This document shows, piece by piece, positions 40,404 to 49,992 of a DNA stretch of 64,000 nucleotides. This DNA is from Succinatimonas sp. UBA6849 (GTDB lineage: Bacteria; Pseudomonadota; Gammaproteobacteria; Enterobacterales; Succinivibrionaceae). The position numbers and the translations under genes are program-made. The stretch is from assembly GCA_002449335.1 (NCBI GenBank), contig DKDL01000101.1, positions 7,910 through 71,909 on the forward strand. The letters run 5' to 3'. Under the pieces are notes generated by a model, which was given only the letters and a program-made list of their open reading frames with translations, made no database searches and was not told the DNA's origin. Position 1 is the first letter of the stretch, and each line of letters opens with the position of its first letter.

Positions 40404-41656
40404 TCATGTTCTCCTAAAGATTCATTTTCCTCAAAAGACAAAGGCATATTAGCCTCTTCCTGATCGCATTTACCTGTAATAATATCAAAGGTTTTACGCA
40501 TATCTAAATTTGGAAAATCAAATCTATAACGCCAGGTGGTATAACCTTCATCATCGTTCACTAAGACTTTAGAACTGGTTGCAAAGCCTAATTGAATTAA
40601 CAGTGAACCTAGTTGCTTTCCTTCTAAAGATTTATCGACACTGCTAATAAATAAAGGATCTTGACCGTCTTTACCATACAGCCATGAGAGATCATTGTTT
40701 TTATGCTTTAAAGCATATTTTAAGAAGGTGTAATTGCCAGATGCTGAATATGGATATAACTGACCTTGGTTTTGCATCAGATGTGAAATACTAGCAGGGC
40801 ACATTACCTTTACAAGGTTGTCTGAAAAGCAGAAACCACCATAGCATTTCTCTAAAATATTAAGGTAATTCTCAGGAGACATCTCTTTTGCTTTAGCAAA
40901 TTTCTCAATCTGATTTTTAAAGACGATCCTGACTTCTTCTTTAGTGAATCCAAACATTGATTCAAAAGAAGGATCTGAAGACAGATCTTCAACTAAAGGT
41001 AAACCTTCAGAATATTCTGAGGCTAATGCAAATTTGGTGTGCCCCGATAACAGACACCATCTAACAGCTTTGTCTGTATGTCTGATGACATTTAGCATAT
41101 CAAGATAAGTACAGGTAGCCTCAGTTGCTTTTTCTTTATCTGCCATCATGGCAGCTACCATTAAAGGCTTATCATAATTATCAATAATGATAGCCATACT
41201 CTCTTGATGTCTTTTATAAAGTGATTCTAGGAGCTTGGTAAAATAAACCTTTGGGGTCATATAGGTATCGAAATGACTTTCGATATGATGAAACCAGAAC
41301 AGCTCCTGTAAAACATCGATGAGACCTCGTCTGAAGTCTTTTGGTGTTTTGGCTTTAAAATTTTTGAAGTCTAAACAGACGGTATGTCTATAAGGTAATT
41401 CTTTTAAAAGACCTTCATCTTCAATCTTACCTACTATGTCTTTTTCACGTCTGATAATTCTATCAGTGGCGCTAGTTAATAATGACAGTCCGAAGCCTCT
41501 GGGTCTTGTCATCATATAGATTGAAGGGGTACCACAAGTTTGAGGTGATTCGAGTTTTAAGATAAATGACATCACCTTCAATGATTTGTCACGATTTATC
41601 TGTTCTGAAACAATCAGATCTTGAAGGTTGGTATAGACAAGTGAATTTGAATTCAT
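40400..41656 (-). CDS. AAA-ATPase_like family protein with degenerate Walker motifs
   Basis: RPRGFGLS (family RPRRFGKS), IIDNYDKP (IDEYDKP), FGFT.EE, YGGFCF, LL.Q.G, FPN; no C-terminal nuclease domain. Confidence 0.72.
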   Translation of the reverse strand: MNSNSLVYTNLQDLIVSEQINRDKSLKVMSFILKLESPQTCGTPSIYMMTRPRGFGLSLLTSATDRIIRREKDIVGKIEDEGLLKELPYRHTVCLDFKNFKAKTPKDFRRGLIDVLQELFWFHHIESHFDTYMTPKVYFTKLLESLYKRHQESMAIIIDNYDKPLMVAAMMADKEKATEATCTYLDMLNVIRHTDKAVRWCLLSGHTKFALASEYSEGLPLVEDLSSDPSFESMFGFTKEEVRIVFKNQIEKFAKAKEMSPENYLNILEKCYGGFCFSDNLVKVMCPASISHLMQNQGQLYPYSASGNYTFLKYALKHKNNDLSWLYGKDGQDPLFISSVDKSLEGKQLGSLLIQLGFATSSKVLVNDDEGYTTWRYRFDFPNLDMRKTFDIITGKCDQEEANMPLSFEENESLGEHE

Positions 41657-41676
41657 ATCTGAAAAGACTCATTACT

Positions 41677-41782
41677 GGTGGGGGCTCAACCACATCACGG
41701 TACCTCGAATAAGAACCCTGGCTGCTTCCTTCCGGACCTGACCTGTTGAACTCTCAACGAGTACGTGAGGACCGAAACCCCC
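41677..41782 (-). ncRNA. ffs: Signal recognition particle RNA (4.5S)
   Basis: Minus strand GGGGG...CAGGTCAGGTCCGGAAGGAAGCAGCC...CCCCCACC with conserved domain IV and closing stem; upstream TTGATA-17-TACAAT promoter. Confidence 0.96.
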
Positions 41783-42052
41783 ATAGAGCAAAAACATTGT
41801 AAAGAAAATGAACTTAATTATCAAGCATTAAGACGGCTATTTTTTGACATGACTTTAATGCAGCGCTTTTAGTATTAGAAAAAGCATTAAGTATAACTAA
41901 GATAACCATGCGAGAACAACTGCACTAATTGTCTGAAATTGTGACTAAATTCGTGATAATTATTGAGAATAAAAAGAAATAAATATGCTCATGTAGTATC
42001 ATGTAACGGAATATTCAAATAAATTACAAATAGCTATTACAAAAACTAAAAC

Positions 42053-43057
42053 ATGAAAGATAACAATAAACAAATTCCAGACAAATCAAGACGAGCACCT
42101 AAAAGAGATATTGATGGTGTTTTTCTTTTAGATAAACCATCAGGCATCAGCTCAGCTCTGGCACTAACAAAGGTAAGAGGTATTTACAGAGCAAATAAAG
42201 GTGGTCATACAGGTTCACTTGATCCTTTAGCTTCAGGTCTGTTACCAATCTGTTTAGGACAGGCTGCCAAATTCTCATCATACTTTTTAGAAGGTTCTAA
42301 AAAGTATATAGCAACAGGTAAATTAGGCGTTGTAACTGCAACTGGGGATGCCGAAGGTGAGGTTATCCAGACTAATCAAGTTACTGATGAATGCTCAAAA
42401 GTTGAAGAGGTAATGAAGACCTTTATAGGTACTATTACTCAGGTACCGCCAATGTACTCAGCTATTAAGGTAGACGGTAGACCTTTATATAAATACGCTC
42501 GTTCTGGTAAGGAAGTTGAAGTTCCAAAAAGACAGGTTGAGATCTTCTACATCAAGCTTTTAGAAAAAACACAAGAATCTTTTACCATTGAAGTTTACTG
42601 CTCTAAGGGTACTTATATCAGAACTTTAGTCGAAGATATCGGTCAGGCTTTAGGCTGTGGTGCTCACGTAACCATGCTGCGCAGAATTGAAGTTGATGGT
42701 CTGCCAAAAGGAACTATGCATACTCTTGATTACATTCAGGAGTTAGCTGACAAGCGTGAGGATTTTACTGATTTTACAGAATTGGACAGTTTACTCATTC
42801 CAATTGATAAGGCTATGAGTTATCTGCCTGCTATTGATATTCCTTATGAGAAAGCTGTGCTCTTATGTCAGGGACAAAGACAGGGTAAGCTTGAAAACTG
42901 TAAGTTTGAAGATTGTTCTTTAGACTATACTGATACTATACAAATTAAAACAGATGGGATGTTTATTGGTGTAGGTCATATTCAGAAGGGGGTTCTGATC
43001 TCAGACAGAATGATGTCAGATCCTCTTCATACAAATCTTGGTCTATACAAAGACTAA
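42053..43057 (+). CDS. truB: tRNA pseudouridine(55) synthase
   Basis: LLDKP.G.SS, GHTGSLDPLASGLL, QVPPMYSAIK, CSKGTYIRTL. Confidence 0.97.
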   Translation: MKDNNKQIPDKSRRAPKRDIDGVFLLDKPSGISSALALTKVRGIYRANKGGHTGSLDPLASGLLPICLGQAAKFSSYFLEGSKKYIATGKLGVVTATGDAEGEVIQTNQVTDECSKVEEVMKTFIGTITQVPPMYSAIKVDGRPLYKYARSGKEVEVPKRQVEIFYIKLLEKTQESFTIEVYCSKGTYIRTLVEDIGQALGCGAHVTMLRRIEVDGLPKGTMHTLDYIQELADKREDFTDFTELDSLLIPIDKAMSYLPAIDIPYEKAVLLCQGQRQGKLENCKFEDCSLDYTDTIQIKTDGMFIGVGHIQKGVLISDRMMSDPLHTNLGLYKD

Positions 43058-43071
43058 TTTTGGAAGTCGCT

Positions 43072-43797
43072 ATGTCAGGTTTTATAAAAACTCTAGCTAT
43101 GACTTTAGTTTTCTCAACCCTGCTTTGTGGTTGTGAGGATAAGTCTGTTGCTTCATCAGAGAATTTAACTGAAGCCATTAACTCAGAGTTATCAAAACAG
43201 GTCATTTGGATGGCGCTTCCTGGCTCCTCTGTTACAGAAGGAACTGTTTCAGCTCCTTTTGTAATTGTCGATCCATACAATTCTAATAATCCTGAAACTA
43301 ATTATGCAGGTAAAACACAGTACCTAAAAAGAGTTATTGCTTATGCCAAGCTCTTAGAAAAGCATAAGGCTGTAAGGCTCACCGAGGACTCTTTTACTAT
43401 TACAGCTCCATTTCGTGGTTCAGTAAGAGCCTTTGGTTATAATGTTAAATATAATCAGGATCTCTTGCGAACCATCCAGACTACTCCATTTTATGGTTTG
43501 TCTAAGGCTCAGGCAGGAACCGTTGAACTTAAAGACATCATCAATTCAACTACAGTCTTTGAAAAAGATGGAGAAAAGTGTATTGATATTACGTTCTCTA
43601 TTAAGATGTCTCAAAAGTTAGACTGCATTGATGATGAGATCTTAGAGAGCTCTACCATTACAGAAGAAGTTTCAAGCCTTAGAACAACCTACAGATTAGT
43701 TCTTGATGAAAGTGCTAAACGCTGGGTGGTAAGAGATCCTGCTCCATTGCAGATGGATCCTGTTAAAAAATTCTTTAAATCTCTTATAGATGGTTAA
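43072..43797 (+). CDS. Hypothetical lipoprotein
   Basis: Signal peptide with lipobox LCGC; overlaps the lpxK start. Confidence 0.65.
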   Translation: MSGFIKTLAMTLVFSTLLCGCEDKSVASSENLTEAINSELSKQVIWMALPGSSVTEGTVSAPFVIVDPYNSNNPETNYAGKTQYLKRVIAYAKLLEKHKAVRLTEDSFTITAPFRGSVRAFGYNVKYNQDLLRTIQTTPFYGLSKAQAGTVELKDIINSTTVFEKDGEKCIDITFSIKMSQKLDCIDDEILESSTITEEVSSLRTTYRLVLDESAKRWVVRDPAPLQMDPVKKFFKSLIDG

Positions 43798-44812
43798 TAT
43801 GTCTTTTGAAGATAAAGTCTGGTATCAAAAATTAAGCTCTAAAAATATCCTGGCTGTAGCTCCTCTTTTACCGTTTACAGCATTGTTTGGAGCTGTAACT
43901 TCTTTAAGACGTAAGTGCTATAAAAAAGGTTATTTTAAATCCACTAAATTAAAAACGCCTGTCATTGTTGTAGGTGGCATTTCTGTTGGCGGTACCGGTA
44001 AGACTCCATTATGTATCGCACTCTTATTAAAGTTAAAAGAATTAGGCTATAAGCCAGGCTTAATCTCTCGAGGTTATCGAGGAAAAGCTGATTCCTACCC
44101 ACTTACAGTAAACACAGCTACTGATGTAAAACAGTGTGGAGATGAACCTCTTTTAATTAAAATGTCTGTAGGTGACAGTGCTGTAGTTGCTGTTGATCCT
44201 GTAAGAGAGCGTGGTGCTCAATATTTAGAGCATTTAGGCTGCGATGTTATAGTAACTGATGACGGTTTGCAGCATTACTCATTAGACAGAGATATTGAAA
44301 TTGTGGTTTTAGATGGTAAAAGACTGTTAGGCAATGGTCTGTTACTGCCAGCAGGGCCCTTACGTGAAGGCAAATGGCATTTAGATAAGGCTGATTTTGT
44401 GGTGGTAAATGGCGTAAGTCATGATCTTAAATACACTTCAATGACATTAGTCCCAAAGCCTGTTGTTGGCCTTAAAGCCTTTGCTCATTTAGAGCATGAA
44501 ATGGATTATCTGCAAAAAGGCTGTGATGTCTGTGCTTTAGCCGGTATTGGTAATCCTAATCGCTTTTACGATACTCTAAAACAATGTGGCTTTGAGGTAG
44601 TAGACACAATCAATGTAGGTGATCACAAAATCGCTGATACTGAGGTTTTAAAAGCTAAAGCCTTAGAGCATCCTGTGGTCATGACCTCAAAAGATGCTGT
44701 AAAGTATGCTCATTTAAATCTTGAGAATTTGTATGTTTTAAATATTGAAGCTGTACTTCCAGAGTCATTTTTTGAATCGCTTAATGATAAGATTAAATCA
44801 CTAGGTAAGTAA
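43790..44812 (+). CDS. lpxK: Tetraacyldisaccharide 4'-kinase
   Basis: PVIVVG..SVGGTGKTP, SRGY, GDEP, DDGLQH, LPAGPLRE. Confidence 0.96.
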   Translation: MVNMSFEDKVWYQKLSSKNILAVAPLLPFTALFGAVTSLRRKCYKKGYFKSTKLKTPVIVVGGISVGGTGKTPLCIALLLKLKELGYKPGLISRGYRGKADSYPLTVNTATDVKQCGDEPLLIKMSVGDSAVVAVDPVRERGAQYLEHLGCDVIVTDDGLQHYSLDRDIEIVVLDGKRLLGNGLLLPAGPLREGKWHLDKADFVVVNGVSHDLKYTSMTLVPKPVVGLKAFAHLEHEMDYLQKGCDVCALAGIGNPNRFYDTLKQCGFEVVDTINVGDHKIADTEVLKAKALEHPVVMTSKDAVKYAHLNLENLYVLNIEAVLPESFFESLNDKIKSLGK

Positions 44813-44867
44813 GGTTAAGTAACTAATCACAGTTAACTAATCTCAGGAAACAAAGGTAGATAATTTT

Positions 44868-45668
44868 ATGTCCTGTTGTAAGAATAAATCTGTAGAGAAT
44901 AAATCTGAATATATCGTAGCAATTCCTGCTCGTTATGCTTCAACCAGATTTCCTGGAAAGCCATTAGTATTAGTTGGTGGTATTCCTATGATTAAACGTG
45001 TTTGCATGCAGGCTTTAAAGTCTGATGCAAAGATGGTTGTAGCCTGCATTGATGATGAGCGTGTTGAATCTGTATTAGAGGGCATGGATAAGGTTCGTGT
45101 CTGCATGACTTCAACAGATTGTAACTGTGGTACAGACAGATTAGCTCAGATGATTGAAAAAATGCAGATTGATCCTGAGACTATCATCGTCAATGTGCAG
45201 GGGGATGAGCCTTTAATTAACCCAGAGCACATCAAACAGGTTGCTACTCTTTTAGAAAGCTCAAAAGCTGATATGGCAACCTTATGTTTTAAGATTGATA
45301 ATGTTAAGGATGTCTTTGATCCTAACTGTGTAAAAGTAGTTTTTGATAAAAACGGTAAAGCTCTGTACTTTAGCCGTGCTCCTATTCCATACGAGCGTGA
45401 GAACTTTAAACAAAAAGATATTACTTCACTTTGCTATGATCACTACCATCACATCGGTATTTATGCATACAGAGCAGGTACAGTTGTAAAGTATTCTCAC
45501 ATGTCTCAAACCACACTTGAAAAGAGTGAGTCACTAGAGCAGTTAAGACTTATGGAAAATGGTATGTCCATTGCTGTAGGTGTAGCTTTAAATCCTCCTG
45601 AGACCGGTGTAGATACCAAAGAAGATCTTGAGAGAATTAACAGAATTTTAGAAAAACAGGAACACTAA
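44868..45668 (+). CDS. kdsB: 3-deoxy-manno-octulosonate cytidylyltransferase
   Basis: IPARYASTRFPGKPL, NVQGDEP, ALYFSRAPIP, HIGIYAYR, ESLEQLR. Confidence 0.97.
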   Translation: MSCCKNKSVENKSEYIVAIPARYASTRFPGKPLVLVGGIPMIKRVCMQALKSDAKMVVACIDDERVESVLEGMDKVRVCMTSTDCNCGTDRLAQMIEKMQIDPETIIVNVQGDEPLINPEHIKQVATLLESSKADMATLCFKIDNVKDVFDPNCVKVVFDKNGKALYFSRAPIPYERENFKQKDITSLCYDHYHHIGIYAYRAGTVVKYSHMSQTTLEKSESLEQLRLMENGMSIAVGVALNPPETGVDTKEDLERINRILEKQEH

Positions 45669-45796
45669 AAATAGTTTTCCTAAAAAGGCATTATTTGTAA
45701 TTGCATAATTTGAAAAGTAAGCTTTATTCACAGCTTCAAAAGAAATTATGCAATTTACAGTTGTAATGTAAACGTTTTAGTTAGATAATAATTTTG

Positions 45797-45881
45797 CTTG
45801 TCGGAGTGCCTTTACGGCTGAGACTGTTTTAAACAGAATCCGTTACTACCTGATCCAGTTAATGCTGGCGTAGGGAACAAG
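45797..45881 (+). promoter_or_regulatory. TPP riboswitch (THI element)
   Basis: CTTGTCGGAGTGC...GCTGAGA...ACCTGATCCAGTTAATGCTGGCGTAGGGAACAAG upstream of thiC; GCACG/CGTGC stem next to the SD suggests translational control; TTGTAA-17-GATAAT promoter at 45761-45789. Confidence 0.96.
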
Positions 45882-45930
45882 GTTCATTTCGGCACGCAAG
45901 TATTCCAATTACTTTAAAGAGACGTGCAAA

Positions 45931-47487
45931 ATGGCCCATAAAACTACCAACAAGATTTTTACTCCTGATATTGAACGCATCTCTATTCAGGGGAGCTCAC
46001 CTCTTATAAACGTTCCTTTTAATAAGATAAATCTTTCAAATGGTGACAGTGTATTAGTATCAACTGTTGAAGGTCCTGATGTTAATGCTAAGACCTTACC
46101 AAAGGTATCTGAAACCTATGCTCCATATGTAATCGATGGTGATGCCAGAAAAGTTAAAAAGACCATCTTAGAGAGAGCAAAGGAAGGTGAAATCACTCCT
46201 CATATGGAGTATGTAGCTATCCGTGAATCCTATAAAAACAGTGATGACATGCCTTTTACTCCTGAAAATGTAAGAGAGGAGATAGCAAAAGGTACTGCTG
46301 TAATACCAGCTAACATCAATCACACCGAATGTGAGCCAATGATCATTGGTAAACATTTCTCTGTAAAAGTAAATGCTAATATCGGTGCATCATCATTATC
46401 CTCAGGTTTTGACGAGGAAATTAAAAAGTTGCGCCTATCCTTAAAGTTTGGTGCAGACACTGTAATGGATTTATCAACCGGTATTGATGATTTAGGTGGT
46501 TTAAGAAGCGCAATTTTAAGAGCCTCACCTGTACCAATTGGTACTGTACCAGTTTATGAAGCTTTAGACAGAGCTCATGGTGATGTTAATTTATTAACCT
46601 GGGAACTCTTCCGTGACACTGTCATCGATCAGGCTCGACAGGGTGTTGATTACTTTACTATTCACGCAGGTTTACTAAAAGATCTGCTTCCACATGCTGC
46701 TAAACGTATTTTAGGTATCGTGTCTCGCGGTGGTTCTATTATGGCAAGTGCCATGATGAGAACAGACAGTGAGAACATGGCTTATGAGCATTTTGATGAG
46801 CTGATTGAAATCTGCCATGACTATGATGTAGCTTTATCTTTAGGTGATGGTCTGCGTCCTGGCTGTATTTCTGATGCTTGTGATAAAGCTCAGTACGGTG
46901 AGCTCGAGAATATCGGTAAGTTAGCTAAACGTTGCTTTGATGCCGGTGTTCAGTGCTTCATTGAAGGTCCTGGTCACGTTCCAATGAACAAGGTCTATGA
47001 GAATCAGGAGTTACAGGAGAAATTCTGTAACAAGGCTCCTTTCTATACCTTAGGACCATTAGTAACTGATATTGCACCAGGCTACGATCATATTACCTCA
47101 GCAATCGGAGGCTCTATGATCGCATCATTCGGTACAGCAATGCTCTGCTATGTAACCCCAGCTGAGCACTTAGCTCTACCAACAGAGCAGGATGTTAAGA
47201 CTGGTCTTATTACCTATAAGTTAGCTGCTCATTCAGCTGATTTAGCTAAGAATTTACCTGGCGCTAAGATACGTGATGATGCTATGGCATTAGCTCGTGC
47301 CGATTTTAGATGGTATGACCAGTTTGCTTTATCTTTAGATCCACAAAATGCATACGATGTTTGGAGAGCTCAGATGCCTGAAGAGTGTGCAAACTCTCAT
47401 GAGCCAGCTTTCTGCTCAATGTGTGGTCCAAGATTCTGCCCAATTCGTTTAAATCGCAAATTACAGGCAAAATACAATGCTAAATAA
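45931..47487 (+). CDS. thiC: Phosphomethylpyrimidine synthase
   Basis: KVNANIG, GADTVMDLSTG, GIVSRGGS, EGPGHVP, LCYVTP.EHL, CSMCGPRFC. Confidence 0.97.
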   Translation: MAHKTTNKIFTPDIERISIQGSSPLINVPFNKINLSNGDSVLVSTVEGPDVNAKTLPKVSETYAPYVIDGDARKVKKTILERAKEGEITPHMEYVAIRESYKNSDDMPFTPENVREEIAKGTAVIPANINHTECEPMIIGKHFSVKVNANIGASSLSSGFDEEIKKLRLSLKFGADTVMDLSTGIDDLGGLRSAILRASPVPIGTVPVYEALDRAHGDVNLLTWELFRDTVIDQARQGVDYFTIHAGLLKDLLPHAAKRILGIVSRGGSIMASAMMRTDSENMAYEHFDELIEICHDYDVALSLGDGLRPGCISDACDKAQYGELENIGKLAKRCFDAGVQCFIEGPGHVPMNKVYENQELQEKFCNKAPFYTLGPLVTDIAPGYDHITSAIGGSMIASFGTAMLCYVTPAEHLALPTEQDVKTGLITYKLAAHSADLAKNLPGAKIRDDAMALARADFRWYDQFALSLDPQNAYDVWRAQMPEECANSHEPAFCSMCGPRFCPIRLNRKLQAKYNAK

Positions 47488-48988
47488 TGAAAGACCTAAG
47501 GTCCTAGTTGTAGCTGGCTTAGATTCAGGTGGTGGTGCAGGTATTACTGCTGACTGTATTACAGTATACGATAATATGGCCTTTGCATTGCCTTGTGTCA
47601 GTGCCTTAACCTGTCAGTCTTTAAAGAACATCACTTCAGTTAAAGCTACCGATGAGGATGTCTTTAAAGAAACTTTAAGAATAGCATCCTCAGACTGGGA
47701 GCATATTGATGCTGTAAAAGTAGGTTTAATCAGTGATGACAGATTATTAACCATACTTTTAAATGCCTTAAAGACCACTTTTAAAGATGTGCCTGTGGTC
47801 TGGGATCCTGTTTTATGCGGTACAGCAGGTGATCTTAACAGTGTTGATTTAAAGAAAAGATTAGATGAGATCTTACCTTTAGTTTCTATATTTACTCCAA
47901 ATCTGCCCGAAGCTTTAACATTAGCTTCATGGGATGAGGAAAAGCTAAAAAAAGAAGGAACTAAAAAGTTAGCCAGGTACTTTATTGATAAAGGTGCCAA
48001 ATCTGTCATTATTAAAGGAGGTCACAACATCTTATCTAAAGATGCAGAGGATACCTTTGTTTCAGACTTTGTCTCTTTTACCATGAAGAATCCTTATATT
48101 GAAGGTAAGGGCGCTCATGGTGGTGGCTGTGCTTTATCATCAGCCCTAGCCGCATTGCTTGCCAATAAATTTGCTTTCCATGATGCTGCAGTGCTTGCTA
48201 AAGCTTATGTTTATTCAGGCATTAAAAATCCTGCTCTACGTGCAGATGATGTTGATGCCGTAAATAACAGACCGCCTGTAGGTCACAATGGCCTTGTAAA
48301 TGACATGAGTTTTATGCCAAAGGTCGAAGAAGATGGGTTCCCGGTATCATCAGAACCATTTCCAGATTGTCCGTTAAAGCTAGGCTTATACCCAGTTGTA
48401 GATTCTGTTGACTGGATTAAAAGACTTGTAAATGATGGTGTAAGAACTATTCAGCTTCGTATTAAGGATAAAACCGATCCAAAGCTGTATGAAAAGATCT
48501 GCCAAGCAGTTGAGTTCTGTAATGCCAATAAAGTTCGTCTTTTCATTGATGATCATTATGAACTGGCTATCAAAGCACATGCTTATGGTGTTCATTTAGG
48601 TATGGAAGACTTGCGTGATGCTGACATTGAAGCAATTAGAAAGGCAAAATTGCGCTTAGGTGTATCAACTCATGGCAGCTATGAGATGCTAAAGGCCTAT
48701 CAGTTGCATCCTTCATACATTGCTTTAGGCCATATCTTCCCAACAAACTCAAAGGTTATGCCTTCAAAGCCACAAGGCTGTTTTAAGCTCTCTGTAGAAC
48801 AGGATCTGATCAAAGATAGTGTACCTACAGTAGCTATAGGTGGTATCAAACTATTTAATGTAAAAGATGTAATTGCCTCTAATGTAGGCTCTGTTGCCTT
48901 AATTACCGGCATTACTAAAGCTGATGATCCAGACGAAACAACCAAGCAATGGTTGTCTTTATGTGGAAACGGTGGTGACAGAGAATAA
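47477..48988 (+). CDS. thiDE: Fused HMP/HMP-P kinase (ThiD) - thiamine-phosphate synthase (ThiE)
   Basis: N-half AGLDSGGGAG.TAD, WDPV, TPNLPEA, IKGGH; C-half QLRIK, GVHLG.ED, GVSTH, VAIGGI. Confidence 0.92.
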   Translation: MLNNERPKVLVVAGLDSGGGAGITADCITVYDNMAFALPCVSALTCQSLKNITSVKATDEDVFKETLRIASSDWEHIDAVKVGLISDDRLLTILLNALKTTFKDVPVVWDPVLCGTAGDLNSVDLKKRLDEILPLVSIFTPNLPEALTLASWDEEKLKKEGTKKLARYFIDKGAKSVIIKGGHNILSKDAEDTFVSDFVSFTMKNPYIEGKGAHGGGCALSSALAALLANKFAFHDAAVLAKAYVYSGIKNPALRADDVDAVNNRPPVGHNGLVNDMSFMPKVEEDGFPVSSEPFPDCPLKLGLYPVVDSVDWIKRLVNDGVRTIQLRIKDKTDPKLYEKICQAVEFCNANKVRLFIDDHYELAIKAHAYGVHLGMEDLRDADIEAIRKAKLRLGVSTHGSYEMLKAYQLHPSYIALGHIFPTNSKVMPSKPQGCFKLSVEQDLIKDSVPTVAIGGIKLFNVKDVIASNVGSVALITGITKADDPDETTKQWLSLCGNGGDRE

Positions 48989-49002
48989 CGGAGTAACTTG
49001 CT

Positions 49003-49206
49003 ATGATAATTCACTACAATCAACAAGAGAATTTAGAGTTAAAAGAGGGTATCACCCTTAAAGAATTTCTTGAGTCAAAGCAACTCTCACGCGAAGGTGT
49101 GGCTGTAGCTGTTGATGAGAATATTGTTAAAAAAGCTGATTTTGACACCTTTGTATTAAAAGATGGTATGTCAGTAGATGTTTTTAATATGGTTTCAGGT
49201 GGTTAG
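49003..49206 (+). CDS. thiS: Sulfur carrier protein ThiS
   Basis: 67 aa ubiquitin-like protein ending GG, in the thi operon. Confidence 0.93.
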   Translation: MIIHYNQQENLELKEGITLKEFLESKQLSREGVAVAVDENIVKKADFDTFVLKDGMSVDVFNMVSGG

Positions 49207-49208
49207 AA

Positions 49209-49991
49209 ATGACAGAAAAATTAGTATTAGCAGGTCAGGAATTTGATAACAGACTTATCATCGGTACTGGTAAGTACGCTTCAGGTGAAGTCTTAACAGC
49301 TTCTGCTAAAGCATCTGGTGCTCAGATTGCTACTATGGCTGTAAAAAGAGTTGATACCAAGAATCATACTGACGAAATCGTAAAGCCTTTAAAAGATTTA
49401 GGTATTACTCTAATGCCTAATACCTCAGGTGCTAAGAACAGCCGTGAAGCAATCTTTGCAGCTCAGTTAGCCCGTGAAGCTTTAGGTACAGATTGGGTAA
49501 AGGTTGAAATTCACCCAGATGTAAGATATCTGCTACCAGATCCTGTAGAAACCTTTAAGGCATGTGAAGAGTTAGTAAAGGATGGCTTTAAAGTATTCCC
49601 ATACATTCAGGCAGATCCTGTATTAGCCCGCCGTCTTGAGGATATCGGTGTTAGTGCTGTTATGCCTTTAGGTGCTCCTATTGGTTCTGCTAAAGGTCTT
49701 GAAACTAAAGCAATGTTAGAGATTATTATTGCTCAGTCTCATGTACCTGTAATTGTAGATGCTGGTATTGGTGCTCCATCAGATGCTGCTTTAGCTTTTG
49801 AGTTAGGTGCTGATGCTGTGATGGTAAATACTGCAATTGCAGCTTCTCGCGATCCTGTGGCTATGTCTCATGCCTTCAAGTTAGCTCAAGAAGCTGGCAG
49901 AACAGCATTTGAAGCAGGTCTGGCTGTAAAGGCTCAATCAGCTGTTGCAACCTCACCTATGGAAGCTTTCTTAAAAGAGGCTATGAAATAA
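49209..49991 (+). CDS. thiG: Thiazole synthase
   Basis: [37 protein letters not shown]. Confidence 0.97.
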   Translation: MTEKLVLAGQEFDNRLIIGTGKYASGEVLTASAKASGAQIATMAVKRVDTKNHTDEIVKPLKDLGITLMPNTSGAKNSREAIFAAQLAREALGTDWVKVEIHPDVRYLLPDPVETFKACEELVKDGFKVFPYIQADPVLARRLEDIGVSAVMPLGAPIGSAKGLETKAMLEIIIAQSHVPVIVDAGIGAPSDAALAFELGADAVMVNTAIAASRDPVAMSHAFKLAQEAGRTAFEAGLAVKAQSAVATSPMEAFLKEAMK

Positions 49992-49992
49992 G

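Noticed and set aside
45697..45759. Long inverted repeat TGTAATTGCATAATTT...AAATTATGCAATTTACA as a separate ncRNA
   Set aside because: Lies just after kdsB and before the thi promoter; most simply a terminator or stabilising hairpin, with no other support
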